Assembly (NCBI GenBank): GCA_051362555.1
Contig: CM120643.1
Location: 15,722,644-15,786,643 of the forward strand
Reading direction: 5' to 3'
Origin: Lingula anatina
Taxonomy: Eukaryota; Animalia; Brachiopoda
DNA: 64,000 nt
The notes under the pieces are model-generated. The model did not search any database. It was not told the DNA's origin and worked only from the letters and a program-made list of their open reading frames with translations. Below are positions 27,497 to 39,638 of this stretch, piece after piece (the first letter of the stretch is position 1; each line of letters starts with the position of its first letter). Made by a program: the position numbers and the translations under genes.

Positions 27497-28049
27497 GAGA
27501 ACAAATGACGGGAGGGGATTTCTTATAGGCTGTCTTTACAGTTACGCCCCTGTTCGCCATGTTAAAAATATCAACAGCGCCATGTCACATTGTTCACCAA
27601 CAGATCGATGTAACATCCTGATCCGAGTGACCTCTTGAAATGAGCTTTCTTTCATGACACTTTCAACATTTCCCATGGCGATCTGATGAGAACGCGTTCT
27701 AGATTAGATGTTATTTTTTTCATCACCTTCGAAGATTCTTTTTAAACCTAGGGCCTATTTATCTTTCCAGACGTGATAACTATTGTTTTTTCCGTAATCT
27801 ATTGAGAGTTCAAAATCCATAAATATGAAGAAAGTTGTCAAAACATTGACTACGTCAGTTATTATACCCTATGATGACTGGGCTTCGTCCGATTGTTTTT
27901 AAACAATTAGTTTCTGTTTTGTTTCAATGGTTTTTTATTTGACAAGCTTCTTATCTTCCGCTGCTTTCAAATGGTCAAATTAAACAAACATCATCTTGAA
28001 TTCCATATCAATTAATTCTTTCTCCAAACAAATCCACTCTACATATTCA

Positions 28050-28210
28050 AGTCCACTGCCATCTTTGACTAGTAACAGCTAATGAAGAACATCAAAAGCA
28101 GAAAAACATGAAGACGAAGCGCACCCTAGTGACTTTTATCATCACTACGGCATAATAGTATCGATAAGCATTTGTGACCATTTTTAGCCTCCGCTTCCGG
28201 TTGCCGGATT
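28050..28210 (+). promoter_or_regulatory. Putative housekeeping-type promoter of gene A, possibly bidirectional
   Basis: TATCGATA (DRE) 28159-28166, CTTCCGG (ETS core) 28194-28200, and YY1-like GCCATCTT 28058-28065 facing the minus strand. It sits where CpG-rich sequence gives way to CpG-poor sequence. Confidence 0.6.
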
Positions 28211-28307
28211 TTAAACAGCATGCGAGAAAAAGTAGGTAGAAACACATATAAATATACCCATAAACTTAAGAAAATCACACAAGGATAACAAATTAACATT
28301 CAACGAT
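28190..28307 (+). other. Gene A putative exon 1 (ends uncertain)
   Basis: Candidate donors: GTAGGT 28232, GAT|GTAAGT 28308, and a second GAT|GTAAGT 28390. TSS inferred from the ETS motif. Confidence 0.4.
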
Positions 28308-29273
28308 GTAAGTTTCTTATGATATAATAGCAAAGGCAAATAGGGAATGTATGTGGTAACTGTGAGTGTTACGCGCCAAATTTCGAGATGTAAGTTTCAT
28401 TTGGATCAAATGGTCCCATATCCATTAATATACTTGTAACAACTCATAAATTTGTGATACAGATTAAAATAAAACCTCACCGATATGGTATTTTAGTCTT
28501 TTAATCTGTGAATATTTGTATTGGAATATGTGATCCGTCTGGAATCGTGTGTAAATGCTAATATCCATATATATATATATAGCTCCGTTTATATCGGAGC
28601 AAGAATCTGACTGAGAAGTTGAAAGAAAAGATGTGAACCCTGTCAATTCAGCTTACATTGTGGATCTTTTTTCCCAACCTACCCTCACCTACTTCAAGAA
28701 AAAACCATATAGATACATTGAAATGTTGCAATCACAGGGCATTTGGGCTTAATCAAGAAATATAGACAGGATAGCCACTAAACTTTTCAATATTATATTG
28801 TTTTGTTAAAAAGGACCAATATGCTGTCTTTTACATGCATGATTACAGGTCTATAATAATCAAACACAGCTACATTCAGCACATGGAGAATTTCTACATT
28901 GCTTAATTTTTAAATACAAAGTCAATGTAGTCACTAATAATGGTAACACAGAATAAGTCACTGATTTAAATGACATGTTTATTGTTTTTAGATGAAAGTA
29001 GAATTGGTCAGGGTGACTCAGACATACGTCCATGTTTCACATCATATCCAAGACCAAGACTGCCATCTCTGACATACCTTTATTGTTTTTAGCTATTGTC
29101 TCTGGAGATAAACACAAAGCACAAAAAGAGTATCATAGTGTCAGAAAGTTAGGACTAAATAAACACAAGCATGTGAAAACAAATACGGTTATTCATTTAC
29201 TTCTTGATAAACAATTACCTTTTTTATGTTACTCTAGTGTTTTTTATGTTACTCTAGTTTTTTTTTATTCCAG

Positions 29274-29375
29274 ATTTTGAGGTGTGATTCCCCTCCCCCT
29301 GGAGATGGTTGTCTGGTCAAGCACAGGCTGCAGTTAATGAATGGAACCATGCAGGACCAGGCATGTGAACATCAG
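29274..29375 (+). other. Gene A exon 2 (102 nt)
   Basis: Acceptor ttttttttattccag| and donor CAG|GTAAGT; GC-rich relative to flanks. Contains ORF 29305-29337 (MVVWSSTGCS*) overlapping the ATG at 29337 (MNGTMQDQACEHQ...). Confidence 0.75.
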
Positions 29376-29733
29376 GTAAGTCATCACTCCAGATAACACA
29401 CCTGAGAATTGGCTTGCACATGTTGTCTAGTCTCCCTCCAGCAAGTTAAATTGTTTCCAAGTAATTTAGAGAGAAGTTGCTTTGTTTTTAAAGCATTAAT
29501 TAGAACAGTTTGATTTCTTAGCAGTATGAAAAGCTGATATATATATATATGATTGTACACATTTAACATTCAGTTAGATAATGCCATGGGTTTTATACAT
29601 GAACTTTGGAATTTTTTTCTATTTCTTTTTTTAAGAATAGGCTTTTATAAGTACTAGTAGGCATTAAACTTCATTTTTGAAATGCTGGAATATTTAAAAA
29701 CCACATCCCTGCCTCCTCAGACACAAATTTAGT

Positions 29734-29734
<1 letters not shown>

Positions 29735-29812
<78 letters not shown>
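29735..29812. repeat. (AC)n microsatellite
   Basis: Seen directly. Confidence 0.98.
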
Positions 29813-29814
<2 letters not shown>

Positions 29815-30044
29815 AAACACTTATTAAAACATGCATATTAAATTCTGTGTAGAAGTTACCCGTGAGACTTTAAATGAAGTATTCAATATTTATAAAGAAG
29901 ACAGCCATACCTTAGTCTAAGATGATAGTCATGTCTTACCAGACAGTTTATTGTCCCTTTGGAGATGTGAAATAGTATGCCTTCACATAAACATAATTGA
30001 ATTCTAAAGATGAGCTGTACTTTTATGAATTTCTTTTGGGAGAA

Positions 30045-30067
30045 TGGGGGGGGGGGGGGGGGGGGGG
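30045..30067. repeat. Poly(G) run
   Basis: Seen directly; similar runs near 34253, 52914 and 57921. Confidence 0.93.
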
Positions 30068-30729
30068 AAGGTGTTGAAGATTCTTCAATTGTATTATATA
30101 TACTTGTATAGGCAGTACGTAGAATTGTTAGGGTCAAACAAGCAATTTTTCTGTCAGTCACATTTTAAAAATTCACCAGAATAGTGATAAAGTTACATTA
30201 TCTTTAAAATGCTGCAGAAATTTTAGCTAACTTGGCATTTCTAGATCATTCTTTATAAAATCAATATGTATAACAATGCATATATAGGTTTCAGGAGAAA
30301 GGAAGACTGGAGTATGAAGGAGAAGTATAAACCTGGAAATTTTTGGTAGGGTTTTCATATCTTATTTAACTCATCTGAATTTTTTAATTGAAGCCTTTTC
30401 CATAGATAAGAATCCTTTCTCAATACTTGACAGGTAAAAAGGTTTATAAAATAATTTCCTTTGGTGTAAGGATTATAAAATATCATGCACCTTTTTTGCC
30501 AGATTATTGTGGGATCACTGAATAAAATGATCATTTGGTTTTTCAAAGATTATGCTAATGAAAACCTATGGTAGAATATATATATTGTGCTTTATTCAGA
30601 TATTGAAAACTAACATAATATTAGAGGTCCTATGGAATATAAGAAAAGGGAAGTGCATTGAATAAATTCATTAAAAGATCATCTAATACATGTATGTGCA
30701 ATTAAGTTCAACATGTTCTTTTTCTTCAG

Positions 30730-30912
30730 TCTTGACTCTCTTATTTACATGTGCCTACCTTCTTAGCTCAGCTGTTGTAGGAAGTCTTTTATCTTCAGCT
30801 GTGTTCAAGAAAAGAAGAAATCAGTGTGACCCACACCTACTAGTAATCCCACGAGTAGAAACTCTGTGATATTCCCCACGTGCACACAGACCCACCATGA
30901 ATAGGAAATCAA
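30730..30912 (+). other. Gene A exon 3 (acceptor choice uncertain)
   Basis: Acceptor gttctttttcttcag| (alternatives ending 30766, 30780, 30798) and donor CAA|GTGAGT. The ATG near its end (accATGa) opens MNRKSNIFISSHTRCCCHVMKFQ...T* across the junction into exon 4. Confidence 0.6.
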
Positions 30913-31516
30913 GTGAGTTCAGCCTACTGTAAAATTGTCTTTTTTAAATAACATTTTATATTTGGTAAATATTACAAATTCCATATGTGTTCAGTATTTG
31001 GAAAGTAAGTCCACTGCATGTGTTTTATAGCTTTACAATGACTGTACAGTTTATGGGAATGTCATATGTATGTAAAAACTATTGCAAAAAAGAATTGGTA
31101 ACTCTGTATTAACATTTTTTTGATTAAGTGAAAAAATATATGCTGCATCTGAGTCGAGTGGTAAGAGTTCTGGAAGATTGCATTTTTATGTGCTAACAGT
31201 CATTTTATTTTTTCCTAATGGATGTTTAGTAATTCCATCCAAAAACACAACTATTGTAAACCACATTTTAGTGCTTATTGTTGCCTTCAAAATATGCTAA
31301 CATGTTTATAAAAATTAAAATAATACTGTAGCTTTGTTATTAAACGCGGTTAAAGGCCCAGCATTACAACATCTGTCATGTGAATATATAAATCACAAAA
31401 GTTAACAGAGTGCTATTTTCCTATTTGTGTTAGACACAAATGTAAATTTATTCTTTGAATTGCTATAATTACCAGATTTGGGACTTGTTAAAATAAATTG
31501 AATTAATTGAAATCAG

Positions 31517-31933
31517 ATATTTTCATCTCAAGCCACACAAGGTGCTGCTGCCATGTTATGAAATTTCAGAACTTCTCCCTCAAGTTCTCCCATGTGTGCC
31601 TCGTCCCCGACTCAAACCACTTAAATGGTACCGTAACATAATCTATCAAACAAAAAGAGGCTCTCGAACCAAACTTCGGAGGTGGCCATTCGATTAATTA
31701 CGTCTGAGGGATTTGTTGACTGGGTTGTAAGAACACAATGTCTATCCGTGTCAAGATCTGCGATTCGATCCAAGATAAGCCCAATCGGCGACCAATCTAC
31801 TTTGCCATAATTGATTTTTGGTGGGTGTCCTTGTTTGAAGACTCCTGACTTCTTGTATGAAACCAAAGGATATTTTAATACTGTCCCAGCTCTCTTTTTC
31901 TTTCTCCACAATGTTAACATACTGCAGGAATGA
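31517..31933 (+). other. Gene A exon 4 (417 nt, CpG-retaining, overlapping short ORFs)
   Basis: Weak acceptor aaatcag| and donor TGA|GTAATT, followed by a 116-nt intron. Many CpGs in 31600-31790 against nearly CpG-free flanks. Confidence 0.6.
31738..31848 (+). CDS. Candidate 36-aa smORF MSIRVKICDSIQDKPNRRPIYFAIIDFWWVSLFEDS*
   Basis: acaATG context (A at -3), CGN Arg codons retained, ends in TCC-TGA. No family recognised. Confidence 0.4.
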   Translation: MSIRVKICDSIQDKPNRRPIYFAIIDFWWVSLFEDS

Positions 31934-32049
31934 GTAATTATTTGCAGATAATGGATTTTTTTCTTTTCATTGTTATTCTATATGACCAACTTCATTAATG
32001 GTATCACTACCTACAAGACAGATCAAATTGCCTTTTAATATCTTTACAG

Positions 32050-32213
32050 TTTGGAGCATTCAAGAAAGGGTTTCCCGTGCCTGAGAGAGTTTACATGTCA
32101 AGACTGTCAGTTCGGTCCCAAATTCCCAGCAGGCTGCCGGGGTTTCCTTGTCGTAGACAATTCACCGACATCATTATGAACTCTTTAGCAGTAATGGCCA
32201 ACTAAGAAAAGAG
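32050..32213 (+). other. Gene A exon 5 (164 nt)
   Basis: Acceptor atctttacag| and donor GAG|GTATCA (alternative GTTAGT at 32221); GC-rich. Contains a 36-aa ORF 32095-32205, MSRLSVRSQIPSRLPGFPCRRQFTDIIMNSLAVMAN*. Confidence 0.65.
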
Positions 32214-32463
32214 GTATCATGTTAGTTAATAAGCGTCTTCTACTGCATTGAACCATTTCCTCTCTCTGCCTCATATTTCAATGGGCATGTTGGCTGATTG
32301 TTGGTAATTGTACAATAGGTATAGGATTATATGTCTCTTGAATTGATTTAATGTGCATGTTGTGTTTGAATTGATACCACTAGTGAATTGTGCTAAAAGA
32401 CTGCTGTCTTTATCTAAGATTGGCATTCAGGTTTGACAGTTTGGTGTAATGAGGTACATCTTC

Positions 32464-32901
<438 letters not shown>

Positions 32902-32985
32902 TCACCCTATGTTTTATATCTACTAAAATGGAGATGATTCATTTGTATAAACTTGCCTATTTCTTACATTGGTTCATTTATTCAG

Positions 32986-33027
32986 CAAGAAGAAGGTACC
33001 AGTATTTCTGTACAGTATGCACTACCA
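32986..33027 (+). other. Gene A exon 6 (42 nt)
   Basis: Acceptor ttcatttattcag| and donor CCA|GTGAGT; open in all three frames; agtATG at 33017. Confidence 0.65.
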
Positions 33028-36000
33028 GTGAGTAATTTACGCGTATACTTTTGGGGACTTTAAAGAGATGTCACTTAGAAATTCATTGTAGGAATGGTTG
33101 ATATATTACAGGAAACTAAAGCCACTAGTGAAAAAGGGTGGGAATTTCCAATGAAAGACAAAATGAAATTATGGAGCCATTTAGAAAGTGAATTTACATA
33201 CAAATAAAAAGTATATACATGTGAAGATCAAATAGATTAGTTTTTGCTTTCTGCATACTAATTACTTATTCATGCCCTAAAGTTACTTTGATGATGATGT
33301 TTTTAGCATTGCAGTTATAAGTTTTTTATTGTTTGTGATAGTATCTCTTCCTCTAACACTATTACTGTAGCATAGGACAGTGGGACAGACAGTGACACCT
33401 ATAGGCCATAATTGTTGTCCTTCATGGTCTTAAAAATATCATTTTAGGAATGCTAGACTGATATATAATATAGAAGATGGTAAGAGCACGATACTGCAGC
33501 TCTACTTACATGTATATATCTGATTGTGCATTAACAGGCTAAGTATTAACTTGTCTGCACGTTTGAATTTGTTTTTATATTACAGTTGTCTACCCCAGTG
33601 CAAGAAGTGAGGGAAGGGGGTGTCTCTTTGTTCATGTGTCTGTGAACACATTGAATTTCTTATTTGTCTCCCTTCACAAAGACTTGTTTTCATTTGTTGT
33701 TACCAGTTGAAAAAAATTGAAATTGAGGCATTTTGATTTTTATTGCTGTTCCACAATCTTCAATCAATTTCAGAGACATTTTACACAGACCTCAACACTT
33801 ACTTGTGCACCTCTCATTATTCATTATTTCTGTACAATTTTTTTAGAAAACTCAATGCTACTTTAGTACTGTGTAGTAATATATCTTATCCTATAGTTTT
33901 CACAAAATTTCAAGAAAACTTCTCAGACATAGAATTAGTGATGAGAGATAATGCACCTGGACATTCTGTACATGTTGTAAGATCTATCAAAATGTCTACC
34001 AGTCAATCCACCTCTGTTACCAACTTTAGAACTTGATCACTTCAGGAAGAGGGGGAGCCAGGGCTGCCGAAATTGGAACTGAAGACCCTCGCAGGACTTT
34101 TGGATGACTTAGGCAGGATTGACCCTCAGACCTATTTTTCAAGGTCACATGGTCATTTTAAGATCAACATCTGAATTTATAATGAATACCCCAGATATAT
34201 TTGTACCAGAAGCTCACACACTTAAGTACCAATACTACCCCCCCTTTTTTTTGGGGGGGGGGGGAGGGGGGGCGGTGGTGATGGGGGTAAGGCTGTTTTT
34301 GTCACAATAAGGGATAATTCTAGTTGTCTTTAGATATGAGGCATGGGTTCAAGGTGGGGACAAGTTCTGCACAGACTGTGGTGACACCTATACAAATTTT
34401 CAAAAGATAAACTGTAGCTTATTCACAGTTTTGACCCCTTTTTATTAGCACATTTTATACCAAAATTTTATAATTAAAAAAGAATATTTGATTGTTTAAG
34501 ATGAAATATCTGGTTGTGTCATTAATTTTCAAAGTCCTTCGTAATGTTAAAATAAAGAAAACAAAGTGGTCTTCCAAGTTGTATGTCTTCTACTGCTTGC
34601 ATTCAAAGGAGGATGGTATTTGACTGAAAATTGCCTGAAATGTGCCAATGGAGGCCTAGATATCCCAGCTTGGTTGAAGCAGAAAGGGGTGTTGATGACC
34701 CTTCACCTCTGCCTTGTAAATAATGAATGAGATCAGAACACGATGTCTGGAAAAAACATAATTGACATGTTATGGAGAGGTTCTTTATTACTAACAATAA
34801 TCTGGTACTTTAAAATTGAGGAAATTAGCATGTATAACAGCATTACTTTGATCCCAGACTTGAATTATGCTTATGAATCTAGGCAATACTCATGACTGCT
34901 GTTAGAACCAATACTGTACACCATAACTTTCAACTGAAGGTGATAAAAAATGAAAGAAAAAAGATGAAGTAAATTAATGGAAATAGAATATGAGACCTGT
35001 TTTTTTTTTATCATTCTAAACCTAACTTGATGATTGTGCCATCAGCAAACATTTCTTTTGTCCATTTAAAGAAACATTTGAATACTGTTTTTTTGATAAG
35101 TGTGATTTTTTCCATTGCATATATAGTGAAGAAGGAAAGGGCACAAATATAGCCAAATTAAGATTCACAGATAAATACAAGCATGTATCTTTAAGCAGCA
35201 AGCATGTTAACATGATGAGTTGAAGGATGTTTTCTCTAATACCCTCTGATGAAGTTCAAAATAACACATTCTTTTTTTTTCTAGAATCTTGTCAACATAG
35301 AGCCTGGGGCAGCAGAATCAGAGTTAAATGCCAGGATTTGACTTTGTTATCTAGCATGAAAGTGTGTGGTTAGATTCAGGAGATACCAACACCATATCTG
35401 AATCAGAGATCTGCCTTTATTGTGGTTCCTGTATTACTTTGAATTACATTTATTGTATACTACATATTATTGAATGCTGCCAAATATGAACCAAGACAAC
35501 AGCCACCATGCGAGTTATTAGGACCACAACAGAGAGACCTCAACCAATTGCAGAAGGAACTAATGAGATTCTAAATTAAACTTTCCCTAGTGATAGAAAA
35601 GGCATTGACGACAAAAGGTGCTTATTTCCATCTTCTCTTTTCCATCCAACTACTCGAGCAATGCAGTTAATCATATTTCTGTAAATTGAGTTGCTCCTTG
35701 ATAAATTCCCAGCATCATAAAATCACTTATGGTATGTTGTGGTATCTAAATCGGTCCATTTGCATTGCTGTAAACTGCCTCTGGTACACAGAACCTCTCT
35801 CTTTTTTCTCTCTGGTGTTGACCCTGCATTGTTACAGCATCCCTTACACCTGTTCTGCTTTTTTCTTGCAGCCCCGTACGAGGAAAAAATGCTGGCTGTC
35901 GATGAAAGACTCGCGGGTGTTTTTGTTTTCTGAAGCTTGATCACCTGTAAACATATGTAACTATCACCCTATAATATGGTGAGAATGAGAATGCTGTTTA

Positions 36001-37113
36001 TTTAGGGGAGTTAATGTCTTCATTGTGGCTGCTTAGAAGGTTTTAGGTGCTCTTGTGGCTTTAATTTGTGTGTATAGTTGTACTGTTTTGGTAAAGTAAT
36101 ACTTGGTAAGCAAAAGTTAAAATGGATTAACCATTTGGTCTTAGAAAAAAATAATTTATCAGTACTTATACGTAATGAGAGTATGGAAAAAATATAGTGA
36201 AAAGTTGGGGATATTCTGAGATATAAGATTAGGACAACAAGGACATGGGACAAAATTTTAACGGATTTGTATTTACAATATTAAAGTTTGAAAAGAATAA
36301 AATAAGTGAAGTTTGTATAGTACGGTGATTTTCTAAAGTAAAAAAAGTGAAAAACAGCATGCCTTTATGATGCCCTATAAAGAGGACCCTATTTCTACTG
36401 TGGCTCCACCTTTTGGCAAAGAGTGTTACTATTGTTTATTCACTCTATACATGTTAAGAGTTGACAGCTCTGAACATTTAATGCAAGCCATACATTTTTA
36501 TCTGTGAGACAATTTTTGAGTCAGTTTTTGGTAGCTTTTCATGTAGAGGCATGTGTTTTGCACATTTTGTAGTCAGTTGTATGAAGAGGAGGAAACTGGG
36601 TCTAGGTGTATTTACAGAAAATGCTCATATCACAAATGAAAGGGTGGGCTTGAAGGGGCTGGCAATCAAATGTCACCAATTCTACTAGTGTTAAAAAAAT
36701 GATAATAAACTGCAAAAAGATGCTAAAACGTAAAAGATGAATCAGATACATTCTGATAAACAGTTGCAATGGATGGGAAGCCTCTCCACTTGAGGAAGGG
36801 TTTAGGAGGGGCAATGATCTTTTTGATGTACCTTGTCAGGTTAAACTTATGTGCTGAAAATTCTCAATTAATTAAATTTAATATTTCAGTTTATTTCAAG
36901 ATTTATCATAGAAAATCATGAAAATAATTGTAGGTAGCATGAACATGGAAACCATAGGATGGCTCTCGTCATAAAAGGGTGCGCTATGTGATTGCAGAGG
37001 AGATATAAGAGATCAAATATTCAGAATATATATATATATATCACCTGTGAACACTTTAAGTGGCGATGCTGTATCTTCTGGATTTACTTTACTGAAATTT
37101 TATAAAGAAGAGA

Positions 37114-37172
<59 letters not shown>

Positions 37173-38346
37173 ACATGCATGGTTGCATGCATGTGTGTAT
37201 GTGTGTGTGGAAATTTTAGTTTTGTTTACTTGGTTCTGGTTTGGTAGGGTATGTAACACATGTATTCACATGATATGTAAATTATCCATTGCAATAACAC
37301 ATGTTCTAGATGTGACTGAAGATAAACAATTCAATAACTTATTCAGCTTACAAGACAGCATATAATGGAATCAATGTGGGTTGTTATAATTTGATTATAC
37401 ACGGGCAGAATTTGACATCTTCATGTAGAACATTGTTTCTCAGATAATGTTAATTTATGCTTGAGTAGCAATTCATACCATTATAAACTTGGTAATATTT
37501 GGTAGATGTTCAGGATTTAAATAAATGATGGTTTAGACAGGTGTTTGCAATGATTTGGGTGTGTAGTTTCTGACTGTGAATGTCGAATTCTGACTGTCGA
37601 ACAATCTGTTCACAGTCATTTATAAAAATGTGGGCAGATATCGAGGTTCAAAGCTACTGATGTTGGGCATTTCTTTATTTTAATATCCAAAGAAAGGATC
37701 AAATGCTGTTCAAAACTGCATTTTTACCTGAATAAGATGAAATTAAGATGTGGCTGTTTGGCTTAGGTGATTAGCTTTATAATTGTTAAAAATGGTGTTA
37801 AAATTTTTAATATTATTTTTTGAAGCCATTAAAATGATATGGCTTGTACTGAAAAATTGTTGAGGATGTTGGTAAAATTTTAGTATTATTATCTTGTTTA
37901 ATTGTTTATTCAGGTTGGAATACACTTTTACAGTGACTATAACTTAACAATAACTAATGCACGAAAACTACAATTATCACAATTTACAAACATGTTTTTA
38001 CCAAATTTGCTCTCATTCATTACCATCAGTTGCTATTATAAAAGTAGTTAACTAGGTGAGTTACATGGTTGGTTAAGAATATATATTTTTTCTTGTATTG
38101 TTGTATTATATGTGCATAAGTATACTCTCTTGGCAAAACAAATGGACTGTGTTGTGGATTTATCTCTCCTGTTGTTGCAGCATGTTAAATGTTAATATAA
38201 TTAATACTTCATTTCATGTTGTCCTTTCATGGGTGTATTCTTTAAATGTTTTTAGACTTCAACGAAATGTGAGAGAAATGAATTGAAATCATGTAATACA
38301 TGATGTTTAATACCCCAGTATGAGGGAGACTGCTGACAGGGAGGCC

Positions 38347-38424
<78 letters not shown>

Positions 38425-39331
38425 TCATTCATTTACAAATATTAGTAAACAAAGAAAAAATGAAGAGATGTCAAGCATTCTGTTTCACATGAATAAACAA
38501 GAAAACTTTTTAGTGGACCCAAGGCTGTATTGATTATTATGTAAAACAATTTCTGTTTAATGTGTATTCTGTTATATATATATATGTAAACAATGGTTCG
38601 AAAAACTTTGATTTCACGTTAGGCAATGTACACTACTGGCTGGGATGCTGTCCATTGGTCATCACATGTCCAGTTCGATAATGTAATAATTAAAGACGCA
38701 GTAAGAGGGATAATAGCTGTCATGTGTGATATAGAAATATGAAATACTGGAAGATACTCTCCCACAATTGGAGGTCTGGCTTAGGGCGTGTCAATTATTT
38801 ATCAACGTTGCATAAAATTCCCCATTGTGTGGTGGCTGGGGAACATGACATGATGCAGGAACTGATCCAAAGAAATTGTCTTGTAAATGTCATCCAAACT
38901 CAGATAACATGGCCACACAAAGTAATAGCTAAAGTGGGGCGAGGAGCTAGTGTACTGTTTGTCATTGTCCCTGGTTAGTTTTGGCTCTCGTTCAGCCGTG
39001 GATGATGTATGACGTGGATGTATGTGATACCAAAGAGATCGGAATGGAGTTGAGGGGAGGTTGTTTGTTGCTAGGCTGGCAGTGGATGATACATTTTTTG
39101 GGTTGAATTTAAATTTAAAAAAAAATAGGTGGATATGGAATTTATTCTATGCCAGTGTAAAATTGATTTGGTTGAGAAATACAGGTCAAATGGCTAAACC
39201 AGTATATGGTGCTTGCATGAAAATGTAAATACCACTTGCTCTGTCAGGGTTAAACTCTTTTTGGTAGTGTTTGCTACTAAGCAAAATCCAATCCAGTAAA
39301 CAAGGATCTCTCTCTCTCTGGCGCCAGCATA

Positions 39332-39370
<39 letters not shown>

Positions 39371-39529
39371 CTATAGAATAATTAAGATGTAAAGAAATAT
39401 GTCATATTGTCATCATAGTTCCATATAACTGTGCATTTCTTATTTCTTATATTGTATGTATTTATTCATTTATTTCACTGTGAATCTTAACACTTTGTAT
39501 TGGGCAGTTTTGTACAGGTTGATATTTGA

Positions 39530-39565
<36 letters not shown>

Positions 39566-39570
39566 ATGTA

Positions 39571-39638
<68 letters not shown>

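Noticed and set aside
28118-28133. CTCF-like site (reverse complement gtcactagggtgcgct) at the CpG boundary
   Set aside because: Mismatches fall at normally conserved core positions; it cannot be supported without ChIP data.
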